A DNA stretch of 59,772 nt, counting the filler, from Sphacelaria rigidula (Eukaryota), in the NCBI GenBank assembly GCA_964200075.2. It is 6 parts of 6 records of this genome, joined end to end, with 100 filler letters (N's around TTAATTAATTAA, not from the genome) between each part and the next. Parts side by side here need not be neighbours in the genome. Positions count along the whole stretch, not along the records: positions 9,980 to 19,858 come from CAXNAA020007566.1; positions 19,959 to 29,837 come from CAXNAA020007567.1; 4 more parts are not named here. The stretch is one strand, 5' to 3'. The notes under the pieces are model-generated. The model was not told where the DNA came from, searched no databases, and saw only the letters and a program-made list of their open reading frames with translations. Made by a program: the position numbers and the translations under genes. Below, piece by piece: positions 10,788 through 22,480 of this stretch. Position 1 is the first letter of the stretch; every line of letters starts with the position of its first letter.

Positions 10788-13700
10788 CGGAAGCAGGGTA
10801 GAAATCATGAACTGCCCCCTATCCATGGAGTAAATCGCTCGGTCGTAGGTAATAACAACAGGCAGGTCAATGATCGTCCGCTCTCCCTGGTTTTGCAGCT
10901 CCAGGATGATTTTAAAGTTCGGGCCCTGTCAACAAACGAACGAATTAACGAACGAATGTATGTATGTATGTATGTATGTATGCACGTATAGTACTCCGGC
11001 CAAGCCGAGGTTATTTTGGATAAGTAGGAAATAGATTATAAAATGTGGACGCGGAATCCGACGGACGTGGACGAAACTTTGCAGGCTGAAGAGCATCTAC
11101 GATCTTGATACCTCTGTGCCAGATGCGTACACATCACTTGTGGTGTGCGCTTGAATTTTTTCACAGACGTGTTTATATTTCTCCCGATATGATGGGTTCT
11201 GTTGAGGACTCGCAGTGGAAGTGGCGCCGTGGACTCACTGATTTCGGTACGAAACACGGGTTGGGATGCTGTGTAGCCGCGACGTTGTGATTGTTGTTAA
11301 TCCTCACGGCAGAGAGGGCTCGTGTAAGCGAGTATCCAGAACATAACGCGAGGTATTACTGTCTATCTGTTCTTCCCTGTGTGTCTCCGTCAGCTTCTCT
11401 TTCTACCTTTTCGTATCGTCCATCTCGACTTCTTCTCCCCATTGAATCACTTTCTGTCGCTTTCTGCCACGCTCTGTTGCTTGGTTTCTTCCCATTTTCT
11501 GCTTTCCTCTTCTGTCCCCACACCCTTGTCATGCTCCACCCGCTCCCACCGGCAGAGACCCTCATCATATTCCACTCCGTATCGATATCTCAGTATATAT
11601 AACCCAAAGATCAAACATGATACATTCATAAACAAACAAACTTTTGCCGGTATTCGCAAGATTTCAGCAGATGATGCCGCACACACATCAGCAATATACT
11701 ACTATCGTGACACGTGCATGCCGAATGACGTATCAGGACTATGCCTGCGTCTGATGTGAAACCCTCCTCACCAGTCCTTGACATCGTGCATGCAATCGCA
11801 AAGACGCTCCGTGACCAACAGCGCTAACCCCCTGTCGACCGTCAGTGATGGTGTCCACGTAAGCGCGGGCAGCGGTGAGCCGTAACTTGCACAAATCCTG
11901 CTGAAACGCCCTGTGAATATCCCCCGACTGGTCCTTCTCTCGTTGCGTTTGCTCCACGTAAAGCTTTGTTTTCTTTGGTACCTAGTTTCCATCAGTTCCA
12001 TTGATTTCGTTTCCATGGAGGAGGGACAGGGGGGGCACGGATGCGAGAGCGATGATTTCGTGGGACTCAATGCAAGGACGCTAGGAGCAAGATACAGGAG
12101 AGGAGAAGGGACGCGAGGGGGCGTGTACTCCTGATCTTGCATGCCGTCGTCACATGACCATTGACCTCGCATTTCTAAAAAGGCCGGGACGGGGCACGCC
12201 AAGTCCTCGCCGGATCAGGCTCGCTATCACCAAGCACGAAGCGCCGTGATGTGCTCGGCGAGTCGCACAGGGGTAACCTGCATCCCGCTAAGATTTTTCG
12301 GCGCGAAGAGCACTGGGTTTCTCGCATACGGATGGCATCCTCGTATGACTTGCCTCATTTGATGGTATCGCCACAGGACCCGACGGGGGAAGGGGGGGGG
12401 AGGGGGGTTCTGAACGCGGGGTAGTGTGTCATCCCTCTCTAAGGGCGGATAGCGGAGGATTGAATGGAGTTCACGGAGGCGTGGTGCGGTGCGACTGGAG
12501 TCGTTTGGTTTACCAAACCGTCGCTGACGGTATGTGATTGGAGCGATCTTGCAGTTTTACTTTTGCAAGGTGCAATGTCCACACCTCAAACGCGACAAGG
12601 AGCTGCGTGCTACAGGTACTGATCCGCGCGTTGACGTCGCGACAAAAAACTTGGTTGTTCGAGGACACTCCTGTGCAAGTATGTGTCATTCTTTGAAACT
12701 GTAAGCGCCGACAAGAGGTTAAATCGTGAGCAATGCTACGGTAGGGATGCACTTTTTTCGAGAAATTTTGTCTGGTTCAGGGGCTTCTAACGATCCTAGA
12801 CGCACAAGAATATGGGTCAGGGCATTCCCGTTTGCAGATTTATTTGGGATATCCCCAGCACATTGTAGTCGTAATCCTGGCGTACTCTCGCATATCTACA
12901 TAAGTCGTGTTCTGAATGAGATAAAGGGCTCCCAACAATTCTAGCCTCAGAAAATATGTGTGTACCCCTACCGTAGCATCACTCTCATTATGGCTGCTCC
13001 TGGAAAATGAGTTGTTCTCGTAGAGGTGACGCCTTTTTGCCTTACCAAGTACCACATCTGAATGCCATACCGATATGGGGAAGCGAGTGTGAAGGGTTTC
13101 CCGTATATAGATGCACCATCGCCTGCACCCCCGGACTCCCGGATTGCCATCGAACTGGGAAATCACGTGTGTTTATCGCCGCTGCGCCCCCGCGATCAAA
13201 GTGGTATAAACGAAACCACTGATGGCGGAATAATGCGGGTTTGAATGCGGGCAGATGCATTTATTTTTCGAGAAGCATCTGATTTCTGCATTGGAAGCAC
13301 GAGGACGTGATCAGAAAATAATTTCTATTTGGCGACAGTCGACGCGACACGGGAGTGTTTGATCATGATCAAATTTGCGATACAAACTGTAAGGTATGCA
13401 CAAGGGGGCGAGATGGGCTCGTGGCTCGAGACCACACCCCGTCCCGAGGAGGGCGGGGGACGGGGGGTCGAGATTGCGACGGAAAAGTAAAATTCACCCA
13501 GCCAACATGGTGTTCTCCCTTCAGGAACGTACGTTGCCGTTTTGTTGCCTTCAACACAAACCTTCGCCGCGCAAGCCATTCCTTTGCTAGTGGTGACGCA
13601 AGAAATAGTCAACGTGGGCAACTAAATTTGCAGACAGATCAAACATCACCGCCTCGGCATGTCGCTACTATCCTCAGCCTCAGTCTCAGCCCCAGCCCCA

Positions 13701-16700
13701 GCCTTACTCCCAAACTCCACCCTTTGACCTAACCTCAGCCCGAAACTAGCCTGGCCACTACTCTTAGACCTCATCCTGGCCGTACGGCCCACGCTTCGCT
13801 TCAATAACCTACCTACCCACTCGCCTCATCCTAAGCCGGGCATTACTTCAACCCTAGCGATAGCTCCAGTATCGCCGACCTTTAGATATACAAGAGGAAT
13901 ATCTTGCTTCGGTGGCTGTCTTTTATCAGCCCCATGCTTGAACACTCACGAGTTGAGTCAGGGAGATGATCAGACACGGCAATATCCTGGACGGGCTGCA
14001 CCTGTGATGCATGGACACCCTGCTTCTACACATACGCATATGAGACAAAGCATCAGTTCAAGTGAGAAACAACACGACATTTGTTGCCATCCGCTGCCCC
14101 ACACCTCCCATTAACAGCCGATCATCGAAATTGAGGATGGAGCTTTTCATTGAGGATGAGAACCCGGAGGATAAAAATCTTCGCATCCACACGAAATCTT
14201 CGAAATATTATTCCATTCCTTCTGCTACTGGTAGCCATTGGTAACCGCTACACGCCCTACAAATTTGGACTTCAATAACCGAAATGTCGGGCTCCTAGAT
14301 GAAGAAACAATTTTAGGGAATATAGATGATCCGATCGGATCGCCGAAGTTCCCCGAAATTGGTTTTTCACCTAGGACCCCAACATTTCGGTTTTCGGAAT
14401 CCAATTTTGTATGACGTCTAGTACTTGCCAATAGCTACCAGTAGGTGAAGAAATGGGTTCATATTTCGAAGATTTCGTGTGGATACGAAGATATTAATCC
14501 TTCAGGTTCTCATCCTCAATGGAAAGCTCCATCCTCAATTTCGATAATCAGCTCTTCGTTCCCACACACGCGCCACTCGCAGTGACGCGCTTCCGGTCGC
14601 ATATTGCCCTTGAAAAAGAAAAAGAAAAATGTCGCATTACGGTACACTTCACCTTGAGAGGAATATCTTGTTCCGGCGGCCGTCCAGCCGGTATCACCGC
14701 ACCACCACTGCCCGAGGGTTTCCCGAGCACCGCTTTTCGGTTGAGCATGAAAATTGACAGTTTACCGGACACAGAAACCACCGCGAGAGAGCCTTCTTCC
14801 CTCGCAAATGGGCCGAATCGGAGCGCCGCTATGGGCTCTTGAGTGTCCAGTGTGTGCAAGAGGGTTTTGTCGTCGTCGTACAGTCTGACGTTTCCGTCCA
14901 CAAGGGCCACCAGGAGGCATGTTGCTCCCCTGTAGCAGATAGTGGTGACGAGCAGTGGCAGTGGTGGCGATGGTATAGTAGTGCGGGCGATGGCATGCAC
15001 AGTACAGTACCACATAGACTCTACTATGCCTCGTAAGCGCAGGCGAGCAACAAATTATTCAGCGTTGGAATCACTCAGCGCATTGCTAATGGCCAATATG
15101 CGCAGCAGATTCTGTGTTCGTTCACTTTGTGTCCCCCGGGCGGGCGGCGAATGGAAAAGAATGACGAGCTAAGGGCAAGAGTGTTGTGAGGAACGGCTGC
15201 GCTTCACTTGCCAAGCGAGCCATTGGTCAACATGACGACATCGATTCAGAGATGGTCGACGGTGGACGAGCTCTCAGTCTGCGATGTATTTCTGAGGGAA
15301 ATCGCTACATGTCCAGAAGAGGCCGGCCGGAAAGGCCGAGCCGCAGCAGTGCGACAAAGATGCGGGGGGAAATCGCGCTCGTTTCGCGCCGCATCATTCT
15401 CAAACAGTGTTACGTAGAGCCCCGAGACTGCACCAAAACGTCGTACCCTTCATAAATACCATATATTGGCCGGACAGCGTTGCTCAGTTGCCCACCTGGG
15501 CGCGGAACACTAGGATACACATATCGCCGGTTGGACGTTTGAGGAGAATCGGAGCGAGACGTTGTTATGTGTGTTTTGGCTAGGGAACAGCTCGAGAGGC
15601 AGGCCTCACGCGGTACGCGGCGCGCATGGTTATGCTGACATACAACCTCACTGCACGGTTGGGGTAAGCCGCCGTCAATTTCAACGCTGGCGAGCGAGTG
15701 GGTGTGTGCGAAATCCACTCGTATGGCAACATGAGGCAAGGGGCCAGAGGCATGGTAGTTTCAATCTTCGGACCGGCGAGGCTCTGACCTTAATGAGATA
15801 CGTGCCAAGAGATTTTTAAAAAACTAAAATCGCTACTCCAGGACAGATTTCACGGAGACTGATATGTCACTTTCCTGATATGTCTATATGTGTACACATT
15901 TTCTTGTCTGAAAATCATGAGACCACAGCTGGACCTCTGGGGGGTCAGTTCATGTGCGACAATCAAATCAAATCAAATCAATCGAAAGGTGTATCGCAGT
16001 TGATGCTACGAGAGGGTCTAGCAAACATATTGTTCGAATCAGGATAACGTTTGTCACTGCAAAATGTCTGACGAATCAGACGGTTTCGGAAAAATGCACA
16101 AGTTCTTCACGTAACACCTGAGAACCTCATACGTTTGGGAAAATGTAGTTTGATCGTGGAGGCTATCCAACTGATGAGACCGTTGGATCAAGAAAACGCA
16201 CACTGAGAAAAAACACAACAAGATTCCCGAAACTGTTCGCTAAACCGTCAACACCGTAAAGGAGGAACACCATCGGAGATAAAACAGTCGTTCTGCGTAT
16301 TGTACATATTTACAGCGAGCAGCACGGGGTTCGTTTTTCATTGAATACGTAAACCTACTCCAATTGCGCCTTTGGATACAACGGCTCCGGTCAGCATATA
16401 GATTAGGACGGAAAGTATCGCTTGTTCCGAGTCTCGATAAATTGCTTGAATTAAAGCTGATTTGTCAAGGCCAAACGAACAAATGTGTTTGTTAGAGGTA
16501 CGACGCTCGATACTCGATTTTTTCATCTCTTCAAAACTTCGGATAGCGTGCGGGATAAAAACGTTTGAGGAGAACCCCGCATCATAGCTGAGTGTTTTCA
16601 TGCGCGTGAACAGTCAGCCTGTTTCGTTTGTACCTCCTAGAAATGCTGGGAAGGAATAACGAGGAAACTTCAATAACCATGGGCCTGTCTTCCTTGCGCC

Positions 16701-18586
16701 TTACTTGTACGTACGACGACAAACGTCCTGATCAGGAACATTCCATGTTGTTACAGCGTTACACTGCGCGCACGCACGTACTGCTTGGTGTTTGCGTTCG
16801 AGTCGCTCGTCGCTTTTGGCAGATGACGAAACATCCAACACTCACCTCGTCTTTACCAGCTCGAGCTGGACAACGAGGGACGGCATCTTGATCGTAAATT
16901 CCCGCCGGCCCTTGAGGTGGTACGCATGCACTTTGTGGTCCGTTGTGGCCACGTAAAACTGTAAAGATCCAGGAGATTCGAGATGAGTGTTGATTCAAAG
17001 TAGCTCTGCGCTGGGTGAGACTGACTGATTCTACGCCCCCCATGTCTTCCACGTCGGGATAATATCGGCACTTCTTCAGCACACTTGCAGGTAGGTCTGT
17101 GCCCCGTAGTTGGCTTCGTTAATAGGGTAGTCAACATTGACTACATCTCTGTCTTTGTGTCTGTCCTTGTGTCTGTGTCTGTGTCTGTGTCTGTGTCTGT
17201 GTCTGTCTGTCTGTCTGTCTCTATCTCCGTCTCTCTCTGTTTGTCTCTCTCGTTTGCTTCCGTCTCACTTTTTATCGTTCACCTTCCTCGGGACGAGCCC
17301 GTGGCCACAAGAGATCAGTCCATACCTCCCCCGGTACACGCTTCCTTACATTTTGGTATCGCGTATTGGATCATGACCATCAGCGCTCCTGCGCCGCATC
17401 AATTGTTGTCTAACCAACTTCAGTAAACCACACGATATTTTCTGCTACCCACGTATTTGGCGTCTTGTGCGATATAATCAGATACTGCTGAGGAAAATAG
17501 TCAACCTACACGCATCCCCCGCGAATCAAACGGGCATTTTTATGACCTCTCCCTCAAAATCAAACATATACATACAGAGCTAAAAACACATATCTTGTGG
17601 GTATCTCTGAAAATAAAAAAGAAGCGAACGCACGTGCGTACTCACGCATGTTACGGCACAATCGCTTTCGAGGATCGAAGAACAAGTTAGAACCTTTTTC
17701 GAACCCTGCCTTCTGGACACGATGAACCCTTGTTGTCCGCAGAACCAACGCGAACTATGGCGCGCCAACAGCTCAACATATCCGCATTTGGCCGAGCCCA
17801 CTTCGATCTCTGTTCAACACGATATGGCTTTCTCCTTGCTTCGCCTTGTCGACCCATGAATGTCTCTTTTGCGTCAGTGTTGCGGGGCATTCGCGTCGAG
17901 CGATGGGCGAGAGGATATACTAAAGATACAAGTCTCTCGTCGAGCTATATATGGTGACGTAATCAGAGTTATTCGGAGATCGTGCCTTCTTGGTAGAAGC
18001 CAAGTACGTGTTTTGGGTGTGTAAAAAGATCTGACTAGTAAAAATAGTGAGCAAGCGAGAAATATTACCCCGGCTACCTTGACAAAATTGAATCGCGTAT
18101 TATCCCGTTCAAGAAGGTGCGATCCGAGCGCGATGGTCCGCGCTGTACCTTTATCGGCGTTGGTTTGCTGGGTATCTCAACCGCACTACTGCTACAGTAA
18201 AATACCAAATTCGGTTCATTAGCACCTTCATCCTGTTTCCTTCTTAGGTTTTCTTCAGCGAGTGCTTCAGTATTGGTTTGTCTCGGGTACGTCTATCACG
18301 CGGCCGCGGCTCGGTACCTGGGTGATCAGCTAAAGTGCGTCAATCACTCAATCAGTTCAATCAAACTCTTCTAGCTCCCCACCCGCAGATGCACACCGTG
18401 TTTGGCGGTCATATTCCAAGGAGGCATCATGCCGATTCACACATATCGATACACCTAGGTGCAACTATCTCAGGTAGAGTATCCTGCCACCCCCACCTGT
18501 CTCTGCAGCTTGACCAGTGCACACGGTGTCGTCTCCAGCTCTATGACGGTGCCTGTGACCACTGCGGTCCTCGCCACCTGTCCGTC
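10788..18586 (-). CDS. BBS1: Bardet-Biedl syndrome 1 protein (BBSome subunit), partial, 5 exons
   Basis: Minus-strand exons: 18586-18497 (DGQVARTAVVTGTVIELETTPCALVKLQRQ); 16958-16846 (FYVATTDHKVHAYHLKGRREFTIKMPSLVVQLELVKTR); 14929-14653 (GATCLLVALVDGNVRLYDDDKTLLHTLDTQEPIAALRFGPFAREEGSL...PPEQDIPLK); 11981-11772 (VPKKTKLYVEQTQREKDQSGDIHRAFQQDLCKLRLTAARAYV...LRLHARCQGL); 10925-10788 (GPNFKIILELQNQ...STLLP). All junctions are AG/GT with phases 0, 2, 0, 0. The motifs are collinear with BBS1 as I recall it (FGRYGRE, VPRKTRLYVDQTLRERE, HRAFQxDL, LHAxxQGLGP). N- and C-terminal exons were not found in the contig. Confidence 0.96.
14115..14554. mobile_element. Foldback/MITE with ~130-bp imperfect TIRs inside a BBS1 intron
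   Basis: ATCGAAATTGAGGATGGAGCTTTTCATTGAGGATGAGAACC...CACACGAAATCTTCGAAATAT...CTACTGGTAGC is mirrored at 14425-14554. Confidence 0.85.
17158..17250 (+). repeat. (GTGTCT)n/(GTCT)n microsatellite in a BBS1 intron; others: (AAC)n 6541-6572, (TATG)n 10957-10982, (CAG)n 21421-21444, 11-bp GACGCTGARAG x4 50487-50534, 17-bp ACTCGCCGACACACACA x3 53904-53954
   Basis: Direct inspection of tandem units. Confidence 0.9.
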
Positions 18587-21356
18587 CTGAGGAGCGATAA
18601 AAGCGCGCGACCAACGATGAGGCGTGTTCGTGTTATGTTCAGTCTGCCCAGGGCGAATCAAAGTGTTCCGGTTGACGTTGATCACGTAGCAGACCATTTG
18701 CTGGGGGCGCGTGTTCTTTTTGGCCAGAGAATGACGCAGCAAAGCAGCGTGTCCGTCACTGACAGGAGAGCCTACAACCCTACCTCCTTTGTAGTTGCTT
18801 GAACATCGGCGAAACTCGCGCTTTTCTCCACGACACGATAATGCTACCATACTGTAGACACTTTCTACGATAACCCTCCCCCCCCTAAAAGTGGTTGGTT
18901 TGGGGAGGTGAAATCTTCACGTGGATCGAAACGAAAGAAGCGGAGCAAAACCATCAGCCGGGAATCCCACGCTTGGATCCGTTTTTGGCCCATATCGCTC
19001 ACATGAGGTGCTTTGTGAAGCCTGAAACTAAACATCAGGCGCTGTACGAGTATGACAATTTTCTTTGTGACGGTTTTGGGCTGTTTTTTTTGGGGGGGGA
19101 AGAGGGGGGGCGTACTCATTTGTTGCTTGCCTTAGTCCTTCGACCATTGGGGAGGGGGGGGGCGTTCTCATGTGTTGCTTGCCTTAATCGTTCGACCATT
19201 GACCACGCATCCCTTTCGAGACGGAGCAAAATGGGAGGGGGGGAAGGGGGGGGGGTATCCTAGAAAGTGTCGATAGTACTATTCTAAACGATAATGCTAC
19301 GGCCCGTCAAATCAGAAAAGTCTAACCTACTACCGAAATTACTATTTTGCAGAATAATGATGAGATTCACTGCATGGCCAAAGCTATGCTGTGAGTTGAA
19401 TATTTTCGACCATTCAGATTTCTCCGCCCAAAAGCTTATAAACAATGAACTGCGCGGGCATGAAAAATCTCCACCTCTCTCTTCCATGTACAGTGCAGCT
19501 CGTGGGATTGTTGTTGCTCCATGCTTTTGCGATCATTCCCACTTCTAGTGTACAGAGAGGTAACCAATAAAACACAATTGAGTCCTCTCCCGAGTGACAG
19601 AATTGTACCCCCCCGCCCCCCCCCCCCAATGCCCGTCTCGAAAGGGATGCGTGGTCAATGGTCCAACGACCAAGGCAAGCAACAGATGAATACGCCCCCC
19701 CCCTGATGTAACCATGGTGATGCACCCATGAGGCAGTGTATAAGCCATGGGTGTCTCTGGAAGTGGCGATACCAGATAATAAAGTAATTAATTGTAGGCT
19801 GTCACCCAAATGCAAGATAACCAGTAGCCTTCGGGCCGAACAATCTTAGCAGGATACANNNNNNNNNNNNNNNNNNNNNNNNNNNNNNNNNNNNNNNNNN
19901 NNTTAATTAATTAANNNNNNNNNNNNNNNNNNNNNNNNNNNNNNNNNNNNNNNNNNNNTATATTGTTTATTGCAATAGACAATATATTCCATACTGTACG
20001 CAGTACATTTTTCGACCGTGTATTCTATTGTCCAGGGTATGCTGTTTTTATCTATTTAAATCCACTAAAAATACGGGATATTTCAGATGCCGGGTGTTTT
20101 TCTTTTCAGGGATGAACGAGGCCGCACATCACGGCCAGAGAGTACTCGTACTGTGCATTTGTATTTATTTTTCGAGAATATTTCGATAGCATGAAGCTTC
20201 CCAAGGTTTCCATCCCCAATTTGTAAAATCCCGTGATCATATGATCTGTCATAGAAGGTGTCGTCATCGATTTCAAATCTGATTGTGCCAATAATATTCC
20301 CATCAGATCACGGGTTTTCAGGGGGCGACGACCGTTTCGGACGATTCGACCGTCTTCATTCATGTAGATAATGAAAAACCTCCTGTTCCGGAAAAAACAC
20401 CGGTCCGATCCTTATCTCACGAACGTGCTGCGTATGTAGATTTTCGAAGATACCTGCACTTGTTAGTCTTCAATCCGATAATAATGCTCTTTGACCTGCT
20501 CATCAGTGACCTGTTTGAGAGAGAATCTGCCCTGACATTTTGTCGGAACAAAAGATACTCCTTTCCCCCCCCCGAAAAATTCGGAGACTTCAGATATTTC
20601 GTTGAATCATGAACAATACCCCTCAAATATTGTGTCCATCGAGATTCGCACCCTCGCAAGCTTTTCCCCCACTAACTGGCAGCGGGTGCGTAAGCTCGTC
20701 CACTCACCGCGGCCTGTCGACTTACTGAAGATGGATAGTAATGATGGTATTATTATTAATAGTGGCGATTGATTATACACTACAGGTATTATTTATTTTT
20801 TGTTCTCCTCAAGTTTTGACTTGAATAAAAAACCAGCGGATAACTCACCCTACCTAGCGCGAGGCTCTCACTTCACGTAAGATTGTAACGCCATGCGTAC
20901 ACTCGTATTTCTTTGCAGAATTGTATTGTACAAGGCAGGCAGCGCTACAACTGACAGTCAGTAGTGCACATTGTTATTGCTCCCGTAGTAACAGCAAAAT
21001 GTTGTAGGATGGATAAAGTCGGAACAACTCTTTAGCCTCTGCTCAGATGGCGGGAACTGACATACATAAGTCGAATATAAATATGTAAAAGAAGATTACA
21101 TCCGTTAGACTTTTTTTGATGGAGGATTCTTCTCGCGCAGGGCTTGCATGGACACACGTTGTGTTCGTACACCTCGACATTCATAGAGTTCACATCGGAC
21201 GTGACGCCTCACGGCATAGTGTAGCAGTAGGAAAAATCATACAATACTGCCGAGGAATACCCCTTCTATGCAGCGAGGGGATCTATTTGGGCCACTTGTC
21301 GGGCTACTGCGCTTGGTCAGTAACATCGATAATTAAAGGCCAACGGTCACCCGCAG

Positions 21357-22480
21357 AGTTGCCTTTGCGGAGAGTACAGCTCTCAGAATGGCTCATGACG
21401 CGAACGCTGATACGAATCCACAGCAGCAGCAGCAGCAGCAGCAGGAACAGCGAGAACAGCAGGAGCATGGGCAAGAACAAGAAAAGCAGCTGTGCGTAAA
21501 CACGAAGGCTGCGGAGAACAGTAGTAGCAACAACTGCGCTGCATCACCCGCGTCTGCCCTAGGTTCCTCTTTCTCCCCCTTGTTGTCCCCACCAAGCAAA
21601 AACGGGTATGGTCACATTTTTGGAAGCGGCAGCACGAACAGGAAGGAGTCATTCGAGAACAATCAGTCGCTGGATCGGTTCATGGAGGCGCTTGAGGCCC
21701 TGTCACCCGCAGGGGCTGGGGGCGGTGGAGATGAGACTCATAGCATGGTGCTTCAGCATCTCGATAAACGTCAGGTGTGTTGACGATGACGCGGAGGACG
21801 TGCGGGTTTGATGTGTGGGTTGTCCAGTGTTGTACTCATGCCCCAAAAAATAGTGTCGGTTCCTGTTATTTTGTCGTGCCGGTCCCGCGGGAAAGTAAAA
21901 CGGTTTGCCCGGGGTTTTGTCTCTCCCTCGCCTGGTGTTTATCTATCTGACGACATAGCTGTACAATACAAGTATATTACTGTGAGGTAATGGCCGCAGG
22001 CTTGGTGACCATGCAACCGTACGCGTATATATCGTTGCGTTGGGTTTGATGTTTCCACCATGGTCTGCATGTTTACTCTCGGTGCGGAATTCTGCGCTTC
22101 ACAAGTACCTGGTGTCACGTAAACCATGGAGTGTAGGCGGTTTTGGTCTGTTTCGTTCGTCGCCTGTCGTCACACACACCACTTGTCAATTACTTGGACT
22201 GTAACTGCACAGACAGTGCATTAGCGGTACGTCCGAAGCACCCACAGGTATATGGCAGAACAATACAGTACACACATGTTTGGTGGCAAGCTGTGCGCCC
22301 ATTAACCGTAGGGCTGTAGCTCGAACGGAGTCGGACGGGTCTGGCCCGGGCAACAAGACGACGTGGAACATGTGTTGCTGCGTCTTCGCAAATGCATCGC
22401 GATTCTCATTGAAGAAACAGGCCGTGCAAAAGATGAGCAACTTTTCTGCGGTCCGCGAGCGCTTCTGGCGCGGTTTCGTT
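21357..22480 (+). CDS. Hypothetical protein exons (polyQ / low-complexity), partial
   Basis: Open frame 21357/21388-21774 (MAHDANADTNPQQQQQQQQEQ...SLDRFMEALEALSPAGAGGGGDETHSMVLQHLDKRQ) ends at a CAG|GTGTGT donor. An in-phase candidate exon starts at 22312 (GCSSNGVGRVWPGQQDDVEHVLLRLRKCIAILIEETGRAKDEQLF). The end of the second exon is unresolved and no family is recognised. Confidence 0.5.
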
